Shown piece after piece: positions 62,432-64,000 of a stretch of 64,000 nt of DNA. The notes beneath the pieces are model-generated. The model saw nothing but the letters and a program-made list of their open reading frames with translations, ran no database searches and had not been told where the DNA came from. Both the position numbers and the translations under genes were made by a program. The stretch lies in assembly GCF_041956535.1 (NCBI RefSeq), contig NW_027192215.1:427179-491178 (forward strand), read 5' to 3'. How positions within the stretch are numbered: the first letter of the stretch is position 1; every line of letters starts with the position of its first letter. Source of the DNA: Calcarisporiella thermophila CBS 279.70. Its lineage: Eukaryota > Fungi > Calcarisporiellomycota.

Positions 62432-64000
62432 TTAATTTTCTGGAATATCTTTTTCTTGGGACATATTGTCGATGTTCTCCTTCACTTCTTCCACCTCTTC
62501 CTCTTCAGTAAACCAGAGCTGGGAATCACTTAACCTATTTAGAAGGCGCAAATTGGAGTAAATATACACCAAATTAAATACTCTTTGGTTTTTCATTCGA
62601 TTCCTATTTCCATTGTGTACGAACCCGAATGTTGACCAGCTCCTTTCTGAAGCAGCTGATGAAGCAGGCAATGAGAGTACACTAATGGCTAGCTTTGCTA
62701 ACTTTGGCGAGTGTTTCTCATGTGCTTTCCACCAAGCTATGGGATCTATATTTTTGGCAGCAGACCAGAGGTAACGGGAATGAAATGGTGCTGATTTCGT
62801 ATTAAAGAGCAGCAAATCTGTGTATATTTCATCTGCCTCTTCTTCGGGATATCTTTCGGATAAAAATTGTTGTATCTCTTCTAACGATTTTTTTTTTTCA
62901 TAAGTGAAGGCTGAATGGTTAGGATCGAGCACGTGAGCCACTGTCATCACTGGCTTTTTTATAAATTTGAACCGAGCAGCAATCTTTTCTGTCAAGTCTT
63001 TGCTCTGATCGCTTGGACCCATTACAGCCGTTTTCATTAATGAAAAGTAATGTTGGTTAACAAGTGAAAGGCGGGGCATGTCTCTCTTAAAATCTGCAAT
63101 TACAGCCGTAATTGGGTTGATCAAACTCCTCAGCTCCTCCAGCTAATTCCACCAAGAAATTTGATGTAAACAATTCAATACTTCATTGCCTCTATTTGGA
63201 TGAGCAGTGAGTTCCAAGGCTGCTATTTGGAGGGGAATGCGCGAAGCCAAAACGGATACCAAGCATTTTTAATAAGAGAGCTACCGCGTCTCAACCGGAA
63301 GCGCAAGCGCAATTTCATGTCCGAGCTTTTCTTTTGGATCCTCTTGAGAATAGCTTATGGAACTGAGTGATTTCGGAATCATTTTGCAATTGTTTTCGCT
63401 TCGCCAATTGTGCTTGATGCCCATGAAAGGCTCGAAACATCCTTTAGCAGTAAGTTAGTAGCATGTGAAGCACAACCATAGCACACAAGATTGCTAAACT
63501 CCTTCTCAAGTATACTCCAGGCTGCTTTCATATTTGCCGCATTATCAGTCACTACTGCCTTGACTTTTTCTACAACAATCCTGCTAATTACTCTGGATAT
63601 TTCACTTGCAACGTACTCTCCAGTATGCCGATTAGTGCCCGTAGATATAGCATCATAGAAAAAGAGTTTAGGTGTTGTTATCACAAAATTCATTATAGAT
63701 TCCCCTCTGATATTTGTCCATGAATTAGTTATAAGACATATATTCTCGCTAGTTTTCAGGCTGTGTCCAACTTTCTGTTTAACATCTTCATATGTTTTGG
63801 ATAAAAGCGGATTCGCAAGCCTATAGCGTGAGAAAGGAGTATAGTTAGGATTCAATTTCTTCATAAATCGGGTAAAGTAATTAGTTTCTATAAAATTAAA
63901 GGATACACCTCCACTATAGAATGCTTTTGCGAGCAGATCGTCAAGCTCAGCAATATCGTTTTCATCAAATTCAGCTGCAACGTGTTTACGCTTTCCTAAC
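62432..64000 (-). mobile_element. Degenerate hAT transposase (DUF659-like + hAT dimerization domain), 5' end outside window
   Basis: LITNSWTNIRGESIMNF, HTGEY, VVTDNAANMKAAW, GCASHATNLLLKD; PIAWW..PKLAKLA..LSLPASSAASERSWSTFG..RNR; stops and frameshifts at 63125-63380. Confidence 0.9.

Overview
AT-rich eukaryotic genomic window with short GT-AG introns and three assembly gaps (7591-7610, 9898-10474, 61035-61248). It is most likely from an early-diverging fungus. This is an inference from the Crinkler genes, DUF3425 bZIP genes, the tyrosinase C-terminal motif and the intron style. Recognisable genes: PIN/ECM3-like membrane transporter, fused pseudouridine-5'-phosphate glycosidase/PfkB kinase, secreted L-amino-acid-oxidase-like flavoenzyme, two orphan multi-TM proteins, an inverted pair of bZIP-DUF3425 factors (one frameshifted), secreted phospholipase B-like SGNH hydrolase, secreted tyrosinase, OPT transporter, epoxide hydrolase, a Crinkler (Ubl header + P-loop NTPase + REase-like + HhH), an NmrA-like protein and five small secreted Cys-rich peptide ORFs. 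Transposon relics include L1-like, Ty3/gypsy, Tc1, hAT and several solo LTRs. The most striking structure is the tRNA-Cys(GCA) cluster at 5.3-10.6 kb. Two diverged L1-like non-LTR fragments each sit about 60-95 bp upstream of a tRNA gene with their 5' ends facing it, a geometry like Dictyostelium TRE5. Solo LTRs are stacked at identical 4-bp target sites between tRNA copies 2 and 3. A candidate KP6-fold killer-toxin-like peptide cluster lies at 54-57.5 kb. Exon boundaries were read by eye and are approximate.
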